Shown here in pieces: positions 12,280 to 25,083 of a stretch of 64,000 nt of DNA. The position numbers were made by a program, and so were the translations under genes. Source of the stretch: Mobula hypostoma. Lineage: Eukaryota. The notes below the pieces were generated by a model. The model did no database searches, was not told the origin of the DNA, and worked only from the letters and a program-made list of their open reading frames with translations. Within the stretch, counting starts at the first letter, position 1. Each line of letters starts with the position of its first letter. The stretch covers positions 87,112,001-87,176,000 of the forward strand of contig NC_086097.1 of the NCBI RefSeq assembly GCF_963921235.1, read 5' to 3'.

Positions 12280-14740
12280 TGTGACTGTGAGCAAGGACAC
12301 TGGAAGTTGGGGATATGAAAGGCTTTATTCATCATAACAAACAGATGCTCTTCTGAAGGACCTCTTGGTAGAGTGTCACAAACTTAAAAGTACAACACTT
12401 AAGATCAAAAGTAACAGTAGGTGTCATAGAGACATAGAAAAGTAACAACACATAAGATCAAAGGTAATAGCAGGTGTCATAGACAGATAGAAATGTACAA
12501 CACAGAAACAGGCCCTGTGGCTTATCTAGTCAATGCTGAACCATTTAAATTGCCTACTCCCATCGACCTGCACCAGGACCATAGCCCTCCACACCCCTAC
12601 CATCAACGTACCTATCCAAACTTCTCTTAAATGTTGAAATCAAGCTCACAGGCACCACTTGTGCTGGCAGCTTGTTCCACACTCTCACAAACCTCTGAGT
12701 GAAGAAGTTTCCCCTCATGTTCTCCTTAAATTTTTCATCTTTCACCCTTAACCCATGACCTCTGGGTATAGTCTCACCCAACCTCCAGGGGAAAGCCTGT
12801 TTGCATTTACCCTGTCTGTACTCCTCATAATTTTAAATACTACTATCAGATCTCCTCTTAATCTTCTACATTCCAAGGAATAAAGTGCTAATCTATTCAA
12901 TCTGTCGTTATAACTCAGGTCCTCCAAACCTGGCAACATCCTTGTAAATTTTCTCTATACTCTTTCAACCTTATTTACGTCTTTCCTGTAGGCAGCTGAC
13001 CAAAACCGCACACAATACTCCAAATTAGTCCTCACCAGCATCTTATACAACTTCAACATAACATCCTGTATGCAATACATTGATTTATGAAGGCCAATGT
13101 GACAAAAAATTTCTTTATGACCCTACCTACCTGTGACACCATTTTCAATGAATTATGGACCTGTATTCCCAGATCCCTTTGCTCTACAGCACTCCTCAGT
13201 GCCCAAACATTCACTGTGTAAGACCTATCTGATTGCTCCAACTGAAATTCAACACCTCACACATGTCTGCATTAAATTCCATCTGCCATTTTTCAGCCCA
13301 TTATTCCAGCTGGTACAGATCCCACTGTAAGCCATGATAGCCTTCTTTGCTGTCCACTGCACCCCCAATCTGGTGCCATCTGCAAACTAGCTGATCCAGT
13401 TAACCACAATATCATCCATATCTTTGATAAACAATAGATGACAAACAAGAATGGACCTGGCACGGATCCCTGCGGCACTCCATTAGTCCAATCAGAGAGG
13501 CAACCATCTACTACCACTCACTGGCTTCTCCCATAAAGCCAACAGCTAAACTAATTTACTACTTCAACTTGAATGTCAAGCATCTGAACTTTCTTGACCA
13601 ACTTCCCATGCGGGATCTTGTTAAATGCCTTGCTAAGGTCCATATAGACAACATCCACTGCTTTGTCTTCATCCACTTTCTTGGTAACTTCCATGAAGAA
13701 CTCTATAGGATTGGTTAGACATGACCTACCACACACAAAGTCATGCTGACTATCCTTAATCAGTCCTTGTCTATCCAAATACTCATATATCCGGTCTATT
13801 AGAATACCTTCCAATAACTTTCTTACTACTGATGTCAGACTCACCATCCTATAATTTCCTGGTGATTTAATATAATTTCAATAGTTACAATGACATTGCT
13901 TATGTCTACACTTTGGTTTGACAAATGGTTTCTTTGAGGTACATTTTTACAGTGGAAGCACATCGTAATTCATAAAACGTCTTTAAAGGTTCAAACATCT
14001 TTTGCTGGGAGAAGCTGATTAACACTTCTTTCTGCTCTCATTTTTTCACCTCTTGCACTGGCAATGTAAATCACCTCTCTAGTTGTGGGCAAGATTAGAT
14101 CAGTTATCAATACTGACATCCCTGTGTCTACTAACATATCACATTGGTGGCTCCCTAATAAACCATTCGTGTACATCTGCGGGTGAACAGTATTGATAAT
14201 GGAGACTGCTGGCAGTCATTTCTCGGACATGGATGCTGCCTTCACCAGTTGCATGATCTGTTCCGCAGGCAAACCAGACAGAGAGGTCACTTCTCTGGTT
14301 TCTGCCTGTTTTGGTGAGTGACTCTCACACTTTTCTCTTTTCTTAGGACACTGCCTCCATCTATGATCTCATAGGCCACAAGTGTAACATATCATCTCCT
14401 TTACGCTTCTACATCTATCCTGGCACTCCCTTGCTAGGTGCCCTGGTTGCTGGCATACAAAGCAAGTCCTCTGTGTCTCACTACAGCCACTTTATGGCTT
14501 CTCTTCCTCCTCCTCTGTTCTTTCTCTCTGGCCCATGATACTGTCATTAGGTAGGTCAATCCCATTGCTGTCCCCAAATTGAAAACTTCCTGGTAGGCTG
14601 AGCTCTGGCCTTTCTTCAGCATTTTCAGGGAAGCTGGATTATCCTTCCCTGGATTGTCCAACCCTGAGGATTGCTCATATGCTCAATATTTACACTCTGC
14701 ATTATCCATAACAGCCTCATCAGCTCTCTGATGCCCCATT
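12280..14740 (-). mobile_element. ERV-like LTR element fragments (LTR pieces, protease, gag C-terminus), interrupted by a CR1
   Basis: CYTCGL*DHRWRQCP knuckle at ~14346-14389; LVDTG protease in ORF 13991-14176; LTR pieces 12280-12480 and 13865-13960 resemble the LTR at 58406-58853. Confidence 0.6.
12482..13862 (-). mobile_element. CR1-type LINE, 5'-truncated (RT to 3' end)
   Basis: VSLTSVVRK, AVDVVYMDLSKAF, GVPQGSV, RLRGDLI and GNFFTQR motifs in minus-strand ORFs. Confidence 0.9.
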
Positions 14741-14745
14741 GTAAC

Positions 14746-17700
14746 CTGTGACAACCCTCCTGATTATCCACAACACCCCAAAACTTTGTGTCATCAACAA
14801 ACTTACTAACCCACTCTTCTTGTTCTTCATCCAGTCATGTATAAAAATTACAAAGAAGAAGGGTCTAAGAACAGATCACTGTGGAAAACAACTGGTCACC
14901 GTCCTCCATGCAGAATACAAACCATCTACAACCACCCTTGCCTTCTGTGGGCAAGCTAAATCTGCTTCCACAAAGCAAGGTCTCCTTGGATCCCACGTCT
15001 CCTTATTTTCTGAATGTATCTTGCATGGGGGACCTTATCAAATGCCTTGCTGAAATCCATATACACTACATCCACTGCCCTACCTTCATCAATGTGTTTT
15101 GTTACATCCTCAAAGGATTCAATCAGGCTCGTAAGGCACAACCTGCCCTTGACAAAGCTATGCTGACTATCCCTAATCAGATTATGTCTCTCCAAATGCT
15201 CATAAATCCTGCCTTTCGGAATCTTCTCCGACAACTTGTCCACCACTGAAGTCAGACTCATTGGTCTATAATTTCCTGGGTTATCTCTACCTCCTTTCTT
15301 GAACAAGAGAACAACATTTGCAACCCTCTAATCCTCCTGTACTTCTCCCATCCCTATTTATGATACAAAGATCATCGCCAGAGGCTCAGCAATTTCCTCC
15401 CTCACTTCCCACAGTAGTCTGGGGTATATCTCATCCAGTCCCGGTGACTTATCTAACTTAATGCCTTTCAAAAGTTCCAGCACATCCTCCTTCTTATTGT
15501 CTATATGCTCAAGCGTTTCGATCTGCTGTAAGTCATCCCCACGATTGCCAAGGTCCTTTACCGTGGTGAATATTGAAGCAAAGTATTCATTAAGTACCTC
15601 TGCTACCTTCTCCGACTCTATGCATTATTGCACCTGATTAGTCCTATTCTCGCATGGTTTATCCTCTTGCTCTTGACATACTTGTAGAATGCCTTGGGGT
15701 TTTCCTTAATCCTGCTCACCAAGCCCTTCTCATGGCCTCTTCTAGCTCTCCTAATTTCATTCTTAAGATCCATCCTGGCAGCCTTGTAAGTTTCGAGAAA
15801 CCTATCAGTACCTAGTTTCTTGAACCTTTTTCAAGCTTCTCTTCTTCTTTCCACATCCTTTGTACACCATGGCTCTTTTACTTTACCATCCTTTCCCTGC
15901 CTCAATGGAACATACCTTTGCAGAGCACCATGCAAGTGTTCCCTGAGCATTTGCCACATTTCTGCCATGCATTTCCCTGAGAACATCTGCTCCCAATTTA
16001 TACTCCCATGTTCCTGCCTAATAGCATCATATTTCCCCTCAGCCCAATTAAATGTTTCCCTAATTGTCTGCTCCTATCCCTCTCCAGTGCTGTGGTAAAG
16101 GAGATAGAGTTGTGATCACTACCTCTAAAATGCTCTCTCACTGAGAGATCTGACACCTGACAAGGTTCATTTCCCACTACCAGATCAAGTACAGCCTCTC
16201 CTCTAGTTGGCTTATCCACATATTGTGTCAGGAAACCTTCCTGAACACACCTAACAAACTCCACCCCATCTAAACCCTTTGCTCTAAGGAGATGCCAATC
16301 AATATTCGGAAACTTAAAATCACCCATCACAACAACCCTATTATTACTGCACCGTTCCAAAATCTGCCTTCCTATCTGCTCTGCTATTGGGGAGCTCTGT
16401 AAAAAACACCATAGAGTTATTGCCCCCTTCCTGTTTCTGACTTCCACCCAGACTGACTCAGCAGATAATCTCTCCATGACTTCCTCCATTTCTGCAGCCG
16501 TGACACTATCTCTAATCAGCAATGCCATGCCCCCACATCTTTTACCTCCCTCCCTGTCCCTTTTGAAACATCTAAAGCCTGGCAAACTCAGCAGACATTC
16601 TTGCTCCTGAGACATCTGAGTCTTTGTAATGGCCACAATGTCATAGTACCATGTATTCATCCATGCTGTAAGTTCATCCGCCTTGTTTATGATACTCCTT
16701 GCATTAAAACAGACACATCTCGAACCATCAGGCTGAGTGCATCGTTGCTCGATCATCTACCTATCGTTCCTCACAAACTCCCTACAAACTGTTGCTGCTT
16801 GCGCCAACTGCCCCATCCTCTGCTTCTTCACTTCAGTTCCCACCCCCGGCAAATCTAGTTTAAACCCTCCCCAATAGTATTAGCAAACCACCCCGCCAGG
16901 ACATTGGTCCCCTTTGGATTCAGGTGCAACTCGTCCTTTTGCCCTACCCTTCTGAGCCACAGGGCCAGACTCAGTGCCAGTGGCACGGCCACTGTTGCTT
17001 CTCCCAGGTAGGTCATTTCCCCTCCCCCCCCACCAACAGTATCAAAATGGAGTACTTATTGTTAAGAGGGATGGCTACTGGGGTGCTCTCCACTACCTTC
17101 CCTCTCCTGACAGTCACCCACTTTTTGTCTCCCTATGACCCCAGTGTGACTTCCTGCCTGTAGCTCCTATAGATCACCTCCTAACTTTCCCTAACAAGCC
17201 AAAAGTCATCAAGCCACAGCTCCAGTTCCCTAACTTGGTCTCTAAGGAGCTGCAGCCCGATGCACCTGGTGCAGTTGTGGCCATCAGGGAGGCTGGAAGT
17301 CTCCTGGATATCCCACATCTGACACCCAGAGCAGAAAACTGGCCTTGCAGTCATACCCACTATTCTTTAGAGGAAAAGAAGGTGTACGGTATATTGGCCT
17401 TCATCAATCATGGAATTGAACTTAAGAGCCGAGAGGTAATGTTGCAGCTATATAGAACCCCGGTCAGACCCCACTTGGAGTACTGTGCTCAGTTCTGGTC
17501 ACCTCACTGCAGGAAGGATGTGGAAACCATAGAAAAGGGGCAGAGGAGATTTACAAGGATGTTGCCTGGATTGGGGAGCATGCTTTATGAGAATAGGTTG
17601 AGTGAACTCAGCCTTTTCTCCTTGGAGTGACAAAGGATGAGAGGTGACCTGATAGAGGTGTATAAGATGATGAGAGTTATTGATCGTGTGGATAGTCAGA

Positions 17701-18220
17701 GGCTTTTTCCCAGGGCTGAAATGGTTGCCACAAGAGGACACAGGTTTATTGTGCTGGGGAGTAGGTGCAGAGGAGATGTCAGGGGTAAGCTTTTTACTCA
17801 GAGAGTGGTGAGTGTGTGGAATGGGTTGCCGGCAACATTGCTGGAGACCGATACGATAGGGCCCTTTAAGAGACTTTTGGATAAGTACATTGAGCTTAGA
17901 AAAATAGAGAGCTATAAGTATGCCTAGTGATTTCTAAAGTAGGGACATGTTCGACACAACTTTGTGGGCCAAAGGGCTTGTATTGTGCTGTAGGTTTTCT
18001 ATGTTTCTACATTTCTATGAAAAAAAGAGATATGAAAGTAACTTACCTCCTTATCTTGCCTAGGCCTGTCCTCACTGAAGCCTCGATGAGCCAAAATGCT
18101 ACTACACTGTCTTATGTTACTCCAACAACTGCTCCGCTAAGTGGTATCTCCCTTTTATCCTGGATCCTTCTCAGCGCCCTTGACGAGCTGTTGCATCTGC
18201 GCTCTTCTCCAAGTTGAATG
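14746..18220 (-). mobile_element. CR1-type LINE (5' UTR, ORF1 remnants, APE endonuclease, RT), decayed; carries a plus-strand CR1 insert
   Basis: ORF 15998-16756 APE (CFNARSI...MGDF...LDLV...SDHNS); ORF 14956-15306 RT (NYRP, YMDFSKAFDKVPH). Confidence 0.9.
17372..18018 (+). mobile_element. CR1-type LINE 3' fragment nested in an opposite-strand CR1
   Basis: LYRTPVRPHLEYCAQFWSP, MRGDLIEVYK, (ttctatg)-like tail. Confidence 0.9.
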
Positions 18221-18690
18221 TATTCTGCACTCACCCACAGGTACCACTGAAATCATGATGCCTGTTGCATTCCCTTCCATAAAATAGTCTGTTACACCGA
18301 AGTTTCAAACATATTCTTACAATACACATGCTCACAAGTATACAACTGTACAGTCTCCCCAGTGAATATACACACACCCCTCTGTTGGTCCTAATGGTCA
18401 GTAACCACCCTTTGCAATTCTGTGCCACCCTGCTCATCAAACTGCATACGTCTTGTCCCTTACACCAACATACAAGCAAACACACATTACTTCTATATCT
18501 AACAATTCAACTCTGTGCTGATTCAGTTCTTTGACCTGAACAAATCTGAGCAGGGGTGCAGCCCTTAAAAATACTCACCCACTTAGACAGTGGCCACACA
18601 GTGGTTTATGAATGTATCCTGAGCAAGCCTCCGAATGAGACACTGAAACTGGTGATATGGAAGTATTTATTCATCACCACAAGCAGGCAT
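18220..18690 (-). mobile_element. ERV-like leader and LTR-end fragment
   Basis: gacactgaaactggtgatatggaagtatttattcatc resembles 12297-12335 and 58435-58470; the adjacent CA-rich leader resembles 58170-58400. Confidence 0.4.
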
Positions 18691-19099
18691 TCCACCTCTC
18701 CTCACTGAAGTCTCCAGCTCCCACAAAGGCCACTCTGCTTAAACCTAACTGCTTTTTATTGGCCCTTGCCAAGTGCCTAGTTAGCAATGATCTCAATCCC
18801 ACTGAAAAGACCTGACAGGGTCTGCTCGCTTTTTAGATTTCATGCTCACTCAACTCAAGCAATGACTCATGCGATCGATGGGTTAGAGGTACCATTCCTA
18901 CTGTTGACTTCTGGTTAATTAGATGTGTCAGCTGGTCCATTGCACCCCCAGTTTAGTATGGTTGGCATTAACACGATATTGCATGAGGGCTGATGTCATC
19001 AAATGTAAAATTATGTCATGTGTATTATTCACGTACTACCCAATTTGTGAGTCATGGGAAAATGGTGTCCTTGTAAAAGAGCTCGAAAAAAAACGATGT

Positions 19100-19528
19100 A
19101 ACGGACTTTTAACATCATAAACCAGCGAGTTGTTTGTTATGTCTCCCAGCTCACTGGGAAAATGGAGACACTTCTTCCTCCCTTATTAGGGTGAGAGAGA
19201 ACTTGTGCTATGTCGAATACCGGGTGAAATGCAAAGTCTCTGTGGTAACTGCAAGTCTGTGTCTTTGCTGTTGCTCTGTTCACACTTGAGTGGTTAGTGG
19301 TGGGCATCGTTGCTTTTTTTTGCAGGTAGGGGAGGGGGGATTGTTGCTTCCTGCCACTTACGCATGGGAAGGGGGAGCTGGGATTGGACTTTGGGGTGCT
19401 AACATTTAACTGTAGTTCATTCTTTGGGGCACTCCTCTGTTTCTGTGGATGTTTGCAAAGAAAAAGCATTTCAAGATGTATATTGCGTACATTCCTCTGA
19501 CATTAAATTGTACCTTTGAACCTTTGAA
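19100..19528 (+). mobile_element. Non-coding retroelement with Rex-like (ctttgaa)n 3' tail
   Basis: Ends attaaa...cctttgaacctttgaa, similar to the Rex tail at 44400-44480. Confidence 0.5.
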
Positions 19529-19659
19529 AAGAAATGAAACAAAATCCAATTTTGTGGCTTTAGTGTCAGACCTTATGATGTACCTGGTAGGGCTTGGAAA
19601 ACCTGGTGACCTTGGGATCTTTGCCAATGTCAGAACACTTTTCAAATGGTGAACCTTTG

Positions 19660-20471
19660 CAAGGCGTCAGGCCCTGATTGTGTACCTGATAGGGCTCTTA
19701 AAACCTGTCCCAACCAACTGCTGGGAGTGTTCAAGGACATCTTCAAACTCTCACTGTTGCAATCAGAGGTTCCCATCTGCTTTAAAAAAGTGACATTCAT
19801 ACCTGTTCCTCAATGACTATTGCCCAGTGGCACTCACATCTGCCCTGATAAAGTGCTTTGAGAAGCTGGTCATGGCTACAATCAACTACTGCCTAAGCAA
19901 GTGCTAGGACCCACTGCAATTTGCCTATTGACACAATAGGTCTACAGTGCATGCAATCTCACTGGCTCTCCACTCAGCCTTGGATTACCTGGACAATAGT
20001 AATACCTACATCAGACTGCTACTTATTGAATGCAACTCAGCATTCAACACAATCAACACCTTCAGTTCTATTCAACAAGCTTCAGAACCTGGGCCTCTGT
20101 ACCTCTCTCTGCAACTGGATCCCTGACTTCCTCGCCGGAAGACCACAAACTGGACGGATCGGAAATAATACCTCCTCCTTGCTGACAATCAACACTGGTC
20201 CACCTCAAGGTCGCATGCTTAGCCCACTGCTCTACTCAGTCTACCCCCATGATTGTGTAGCTAGACACAGCTCAAACATTACATTCAGTATAAATTTGCT
20301 ATTGACACAACTGACATTGACAGAATTTCAGATGGTGACACAATACATATATTATAGTTATACTTATTGTAATTTATAGTTTTTAATATTATGCATTGCA
20401 GTGCACTGCTGCCACGAGACAACAAATTTCATGACATATGCCTGTGATATTAAACCTGATTCTGATTCTGA
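19660..20471 (+). mobile_element. Rex1/Babar-type LINE fragment (RT, internally deleted)
   Basis: [20 protein letters not shown] and [14 protein letters not shown] motifs; tail aaacctgattctgattctga. Confidence 0.85.
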
Positions 20472-20819
20472 GATGTGTTCAAGTTCCCATCAAAAAGCTT
20501 AACACGTTCCTGCAGCGCTTTCATTTACCAGCAGAATAATTTTTAACTCCAATGCTTTCTAGTTCAATTTGTGTTGATAGAGATGATAAATAGTTAGCAT
20601 TTGTCTCTCGTCCTTGCAGCGTGATCATTCCATGGATTTAAATTGCAGAAACAGGACGGAATGTGAAGTAGGCAATAAGGTACTGCTATAAGATGTACAA
20701 TTAGAACTTAGAACATAGAAATCTACAGCACATTACAGGCCTTTCAGCCCACAATATTGTGCTGACCATGCAACCTACTCTAGAAACTGCTTAGAATATA
20801 GAACATAGAAATCTACAGC

Positions 20820-20990
20820 AAGCTTGCAGCTCGCAGTTCTAGTAATCTGGGCTTGATTCTGACCTCTGGAGCTATCTCTGTGGGGTTTTCTTGCTCTGCC
20901 TGTGAGTATGCTAGTTTCTTCCCATTTCCTAAAGATCTGCTGGTGATGTGGGCAGCTGGTGAGTGAACCAAGATAGTATAAGTGAGCATG
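20820..20990 (+). mobile_element. Degraded V-SINE (HE1-like)
   Basis: ctgggcttgattctgacctctggagctatctctgtggggttt...gtttcttcccatttcctaaagat resembles 8165-8395. Confidence 0.5.
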
Positions 20991-21049
20991 TGAGAGAAAA
21001 CAGTTTTCAGGGAAATAGCAGGACAATCAGAGAGACAGTACTGACTCAT

Positions 21050-21400
21050 TCATTTGAATAACCTTCTTCTCTACTAATAGACAATTCAACTTGTGGCTTC
21101 CGTGGTGACAGATGAGAGCAACATAAGATCTTCAGATTCCCACACTGCTGAGGTGGGAGGTGCTTGGTGAGGCAAGGGATTGATGGATGGTTTATGGGTC
21201 AACGGGCTTCTTCCATCTATGATGCATGGCTTTTATATACTCTCGATGCATAAACATAAGATCTTCAGCATCACCCTGAATGCTCCTTCTCCAGAAGTCA
21301 ATGTAGGAGCCATGTATCTATTCTTCACCGCTTTGTATTTTGTGACGCAGGGTTTATTATGTTCATTGTGGTAACTCGTCTCACGAGGGAAGGCATAGTA
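21050..21400 (-). mobile_element. Old RTE-clade LINE C-terminal fragment
   Basis: Minus strand near 21085-21150 gives CG..*RSYVALICHHGSHK, like the RTE terminal CGxxCRSxIGLxSHxRxH motif. Confidence 0.4.
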
Positions 21401-21929
21401 AAAGTGAAGGGAATAAGTTACGCATTTCTGCTTTTTTCATGGCAGTTTGTAACTTGGGACCAAAGGAGGTCTTATCTTTTGCTGACCACTGAGATAACGC
21501 TCAATAATGCTGAATAGTGTTTAGCCTACACTTGGGTATACTTAAATTTCTACACTTCAAGACTGTATGTTTGCTAATTGCTAATAAAGGATTGAATCAA
21601 GGATTTGAATTTTAGAACAATCATTGGAGCTAGAGTAAACAAACAGTGGCAGTTGCAGGTTAGTGGCAATTGATTTGGTGTTGTTTTGGTTTTTGGTTTG
21701 GTATTGCCACTATACATGAACATAAGATTTAGTGTGACTCTGAATGTTCCTTGTCCAGAAGTCAATGGGGATGTTGCATTTTTGCAAGGAAATTTAGAGA
21801 ACTTCTGTGTTGCTTCATCAGAAATCTTGGAGAGGCAGAAATCCTGCTAGAGGGCAGATGAGAACTTCTTCATGATTGGCATTTTTGGCATAAAAAGTGA
21901 TAGTGAATTCAACAGTAAAGGGAACATTT

Positions 21930-22075
21930 TAAAAAATGCAGATGCTGGAAGTCTTGCTCCCAGTCCTGTAACATTAACTGTTTCTCTCTGCACATATTCT
22001 GCTTGACCTGCTGAATTTTTCCAGCATTTTCATTTTTTATTTCAGATTTCCAACATTGCAGATCTTTTTGTTTTT
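21930..22075. repeat. Older relative of the palindromic Penelope-type repeat
   Basis: tgcagatgctggaa...gacctgctgaattttttccagcattttc...tttccaacattgcag; a similar relic lies at 39955-40075. Confidence 0.5.
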
Positions 22076-22473
22076 ATTTTGGCTTGCATCGTTTCCTTTT
22101 TTCACTCCATGATCTCTTTAGTGAATAGTGCCTATTCAGGAAATCTGAATGCCTGCAGCCTGTTCTGCCCAGCAGTCAGACTGAATGTAAGTAAGGCCTT
22201 GATATTGTGTGGGATTGCTTTGGAGAAGAAGCTGATGTGAGTTCATTTATCCTCCTAGTGAGGATATGCGAAGACAGTGGAATTGGCATCTTTGAGTTGT
22301 TGCTGTAGTTGTTCAAGTCTCAGAAGTGTATAGAAGTGCAGAAGTTAATGTGGCTTAGTAAACCATGAGTTGTATGCCAAGTTTGAGATACAGAATTTCA
22401 AACATTGAAGATGATGCTGAACTTTATCATTACTGTTGCTTTCACACTGTGGTGGTTCCCAAGATTATTTTTT

Positions 22474-23105
22474 TTTAGATTATGAAGACACGCAGTCCTC
22501 CTCTTTTATTATTATTTAGTAATGCATGCATTAAGAAATGATACAATATTCCCTCCGATGTGATATCACAAAACACAGGACAGACCAAGACTGAAAAAAC
22601 TAACAAAACCACATAATTATAACATACAGTTACAACAGTGCAAGAATACCATAACTTGATGAAGAACAGTCCATGAACACAGTAAAAAGTTCAAAGTCTC
22701 TCAAATGTCCCTCATCTCACGCAGACAGGAGAAGGAAGAAAATCTCCCCCTGGCATGCCTGACCACAGTCCGACTCAGAGTCATCCGAAAACTTCGAGCC
22801 TCCGATCAGCTCTCCGACACCAAGTACCGAGCACCATCTCTATCCGAGTGATTTGACCTCAATCTCGGTCGCCAACAGCAGGCAAAGCCGGGGATTTTGA
22901 GGCCTTCCCTCCGGAAGATTTATGATTGCGCAGTAACGACAGCAGCAAACGGGTGTTTCAGAAATTTCTCCAGATGTTCCTCTGTGCTTTCACGTCTGTC
23001 TCCATCAAATCAGAATTGTCCACAGCCCCTATTTAATGGATACGGAATCATTTTTCACCGGAGGGCTGCGCATGCATGGCGTGCTGTGCTCTCTCCTCCC
23101 GCCTT
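22474..23105 (-). mobile_element. Young ~630-bp non-coding dispersed element, copy 1
   Basis: Near-identical to 63418-64000; minus-strand 3' end AATAAA...cataatctaaaaaaa. Confidence 0.85.
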
Positions 23106-24304
23106 TTGGTCCACATTTTCCAATATCACTTTGTGGAGATTTATTGTCAAAGGAGAGTGTTATACAGTGGGGGTAGGGGGCGGGTCTGCATTTTCAAATG
23201 GACATGGTTCCTAATTTTGAAAGCAGGAGAGAATGCAGTGCCCTTTCTAACACATTGTCTGGGCTGAATCTTTAAACAAATCATGTCTTATTTCTTCATT
23301 TTGTTCCAGTACTCGTACATACACAATAATACAAATATATTTACAGTGCATTATGCTAGACTTGAATCTTCCTTTAATTCTGCAATATATTTGCTACTGT
23401 TCCTGAAGATGTAACGGTTTTCTGTCACTCTTTGCAGGCATAGTTACAGTATTCATTTTCTGTGCCCTATTTCTTCTGTTGGTGTGACTCTCGCCATGTG
23501 ACTGATTTCTCCTTCAGTTTCTCCCGGGCCTAATGCCCTCAGCTCTGGTTACTCCAAGTTTGAGAGAAACTTGGAGCTGATGATTAGAACTGAAGGAATA
23601 TTATTAACCCGAAATATTAACTCTGATTCTCCCTTCATAATAGCTCACTGAACTTACAGCATTTTTGCCTTTTTATTTCTGCCTTCATGTTATTCTTCTT
23701 TTGTCAATTGCATTGAATCAGTGTCTTCTATTACCACTCGGAAGTAGCTTTGCCTTATTTGATGCAAAAAAAAGAACTTTAGTGGAATTCTGGAAGCAAA
23801 GGATCATCTGACTGCACGTCAAGACCTTTCATCAGGTGCGTTCTGTATTTCACCATGTGCTAGCTGGTAATTAAGGGCTACACTGGTTAAAAGATATCTT
23901 GCTCTATAGTAGAAGCAAGTTGTTGACAATCTTGATGAGTCCTGAGCAAGAAAGAGAATGTTTATAGTCTATCAAAACCCTTCAGAAAGTAGGTTACGGG
24001 TGTTGCCTTCATGGCCACAATATGCAAAGAAGCAGAAAGTCAGGGACCGTTCAAATATCAGAAGAACTTCTTTCACACAGTCTTGGACATAAGCTATAGG
24101 CAAGTCCATATAGCCTTATTGTAATTTGTGGTTTGAGTGAAAAGGCAACTGTGGGCATGGGCTGCAGTCTTTTCTGGCAACTGTTCTTTCATTTCCACCA
24201 GTTCCTCAAAGCATATAGAATCCTCAGAGAAAAACTGATATCTAAAAATTGGATTGCATCTTTTAGTTCATCTTCTGATGAACTAAAACAATTTTCATGT
24301 AGTA

Positions 24305-24545
24305 CACAAGACATTCTGCAGATGTTGGAAATGTTGGCGATCATAGTCTTTCTATGACCATGATTGTTCTTGGCAATTTTTTCTGCAGAAGTGCTTTGCC
24401 ATTACCTTCTGGGCAGTGCCTTAACAAGATGGGCATTTCTTTCCAGCCTTGGTGAAGGGCCTCGGCCCAAAGTGTCAACCGTTTATTCATTTCCATAGAG
24501 GCTGCCTAACCTGCTGAGTTCCTCAGCATCTTGTGCATTTTGCAT
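24305..24545. repeat. Degraded hammerhead-type palindromic repeat interrupted by an RTE-tailed SINE fragment (24333-24435, minus)
   Basis: ccttggtgaagggcctcggcccaaagtgtcaac plus arm; the insert is the reverse complement of ~25705-25812. Confidence 0.6.
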
Positions 24546-24862
24546 GTCCAAATAATGACCCAAAAGAAATTGAAATTGTTTAAGAAGTGTGAAATGATGT
24601 TAGAGTGGTTTCTACTCCAAGAGATTTGCTAGATTATAAACTGTTCTGTTGTATTGTTGTATTCCACCTGAACTGACAATTCCTATTATATTAATACACT
24701 GTATATGTGAATAATAGGGGTAAGAGAGACCAGGATGGAGGGAAACAATTGTTCATTACTGTGCCTTCTCTCCCAGTTCAGGTACCTCCTGGACTTGTGC
24801 CACTCCTGACTCCATGTTTTCTTGTGTTGTTTTTTCCAAAAAAAATACTAGTTATTAGATTG

Positions 24863-25083
24863 ACACACACAAAATGCTGGTAGAATGCAGCAGGCCAGAC
24901 AGCATCCATAGGAAGAAGCACAGTCAATGTTTCGGGCCGATACCGTTCATCAGGACTTGAAGAGTCTCGGCCCGAAACATCAACTGTGCTTCTTCCTATG
25001 GATGCTGTCTGGCCTGCTGCATTCCACCAGTATTTTGTGTGTGTTGCTTGAATTTCCAGCATCTGCAGATTTCCTCGTGTTTG
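24863..25083. mobile_element. Palindromic non-autonomous element with minimal hammerhead ribozyme core (Penelope-like) and 14-bp TSD
   Basis: ~78-bp inverted arms 24863-24940 and ~24967-25044. Minus strand reads agtc-CTGATGA-acggtatcggccc-GAAAC-ATT-gact. Perfect direct repeat agttattagattga at 24850-24863 and 25084-25097. Confidence 0.85.
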
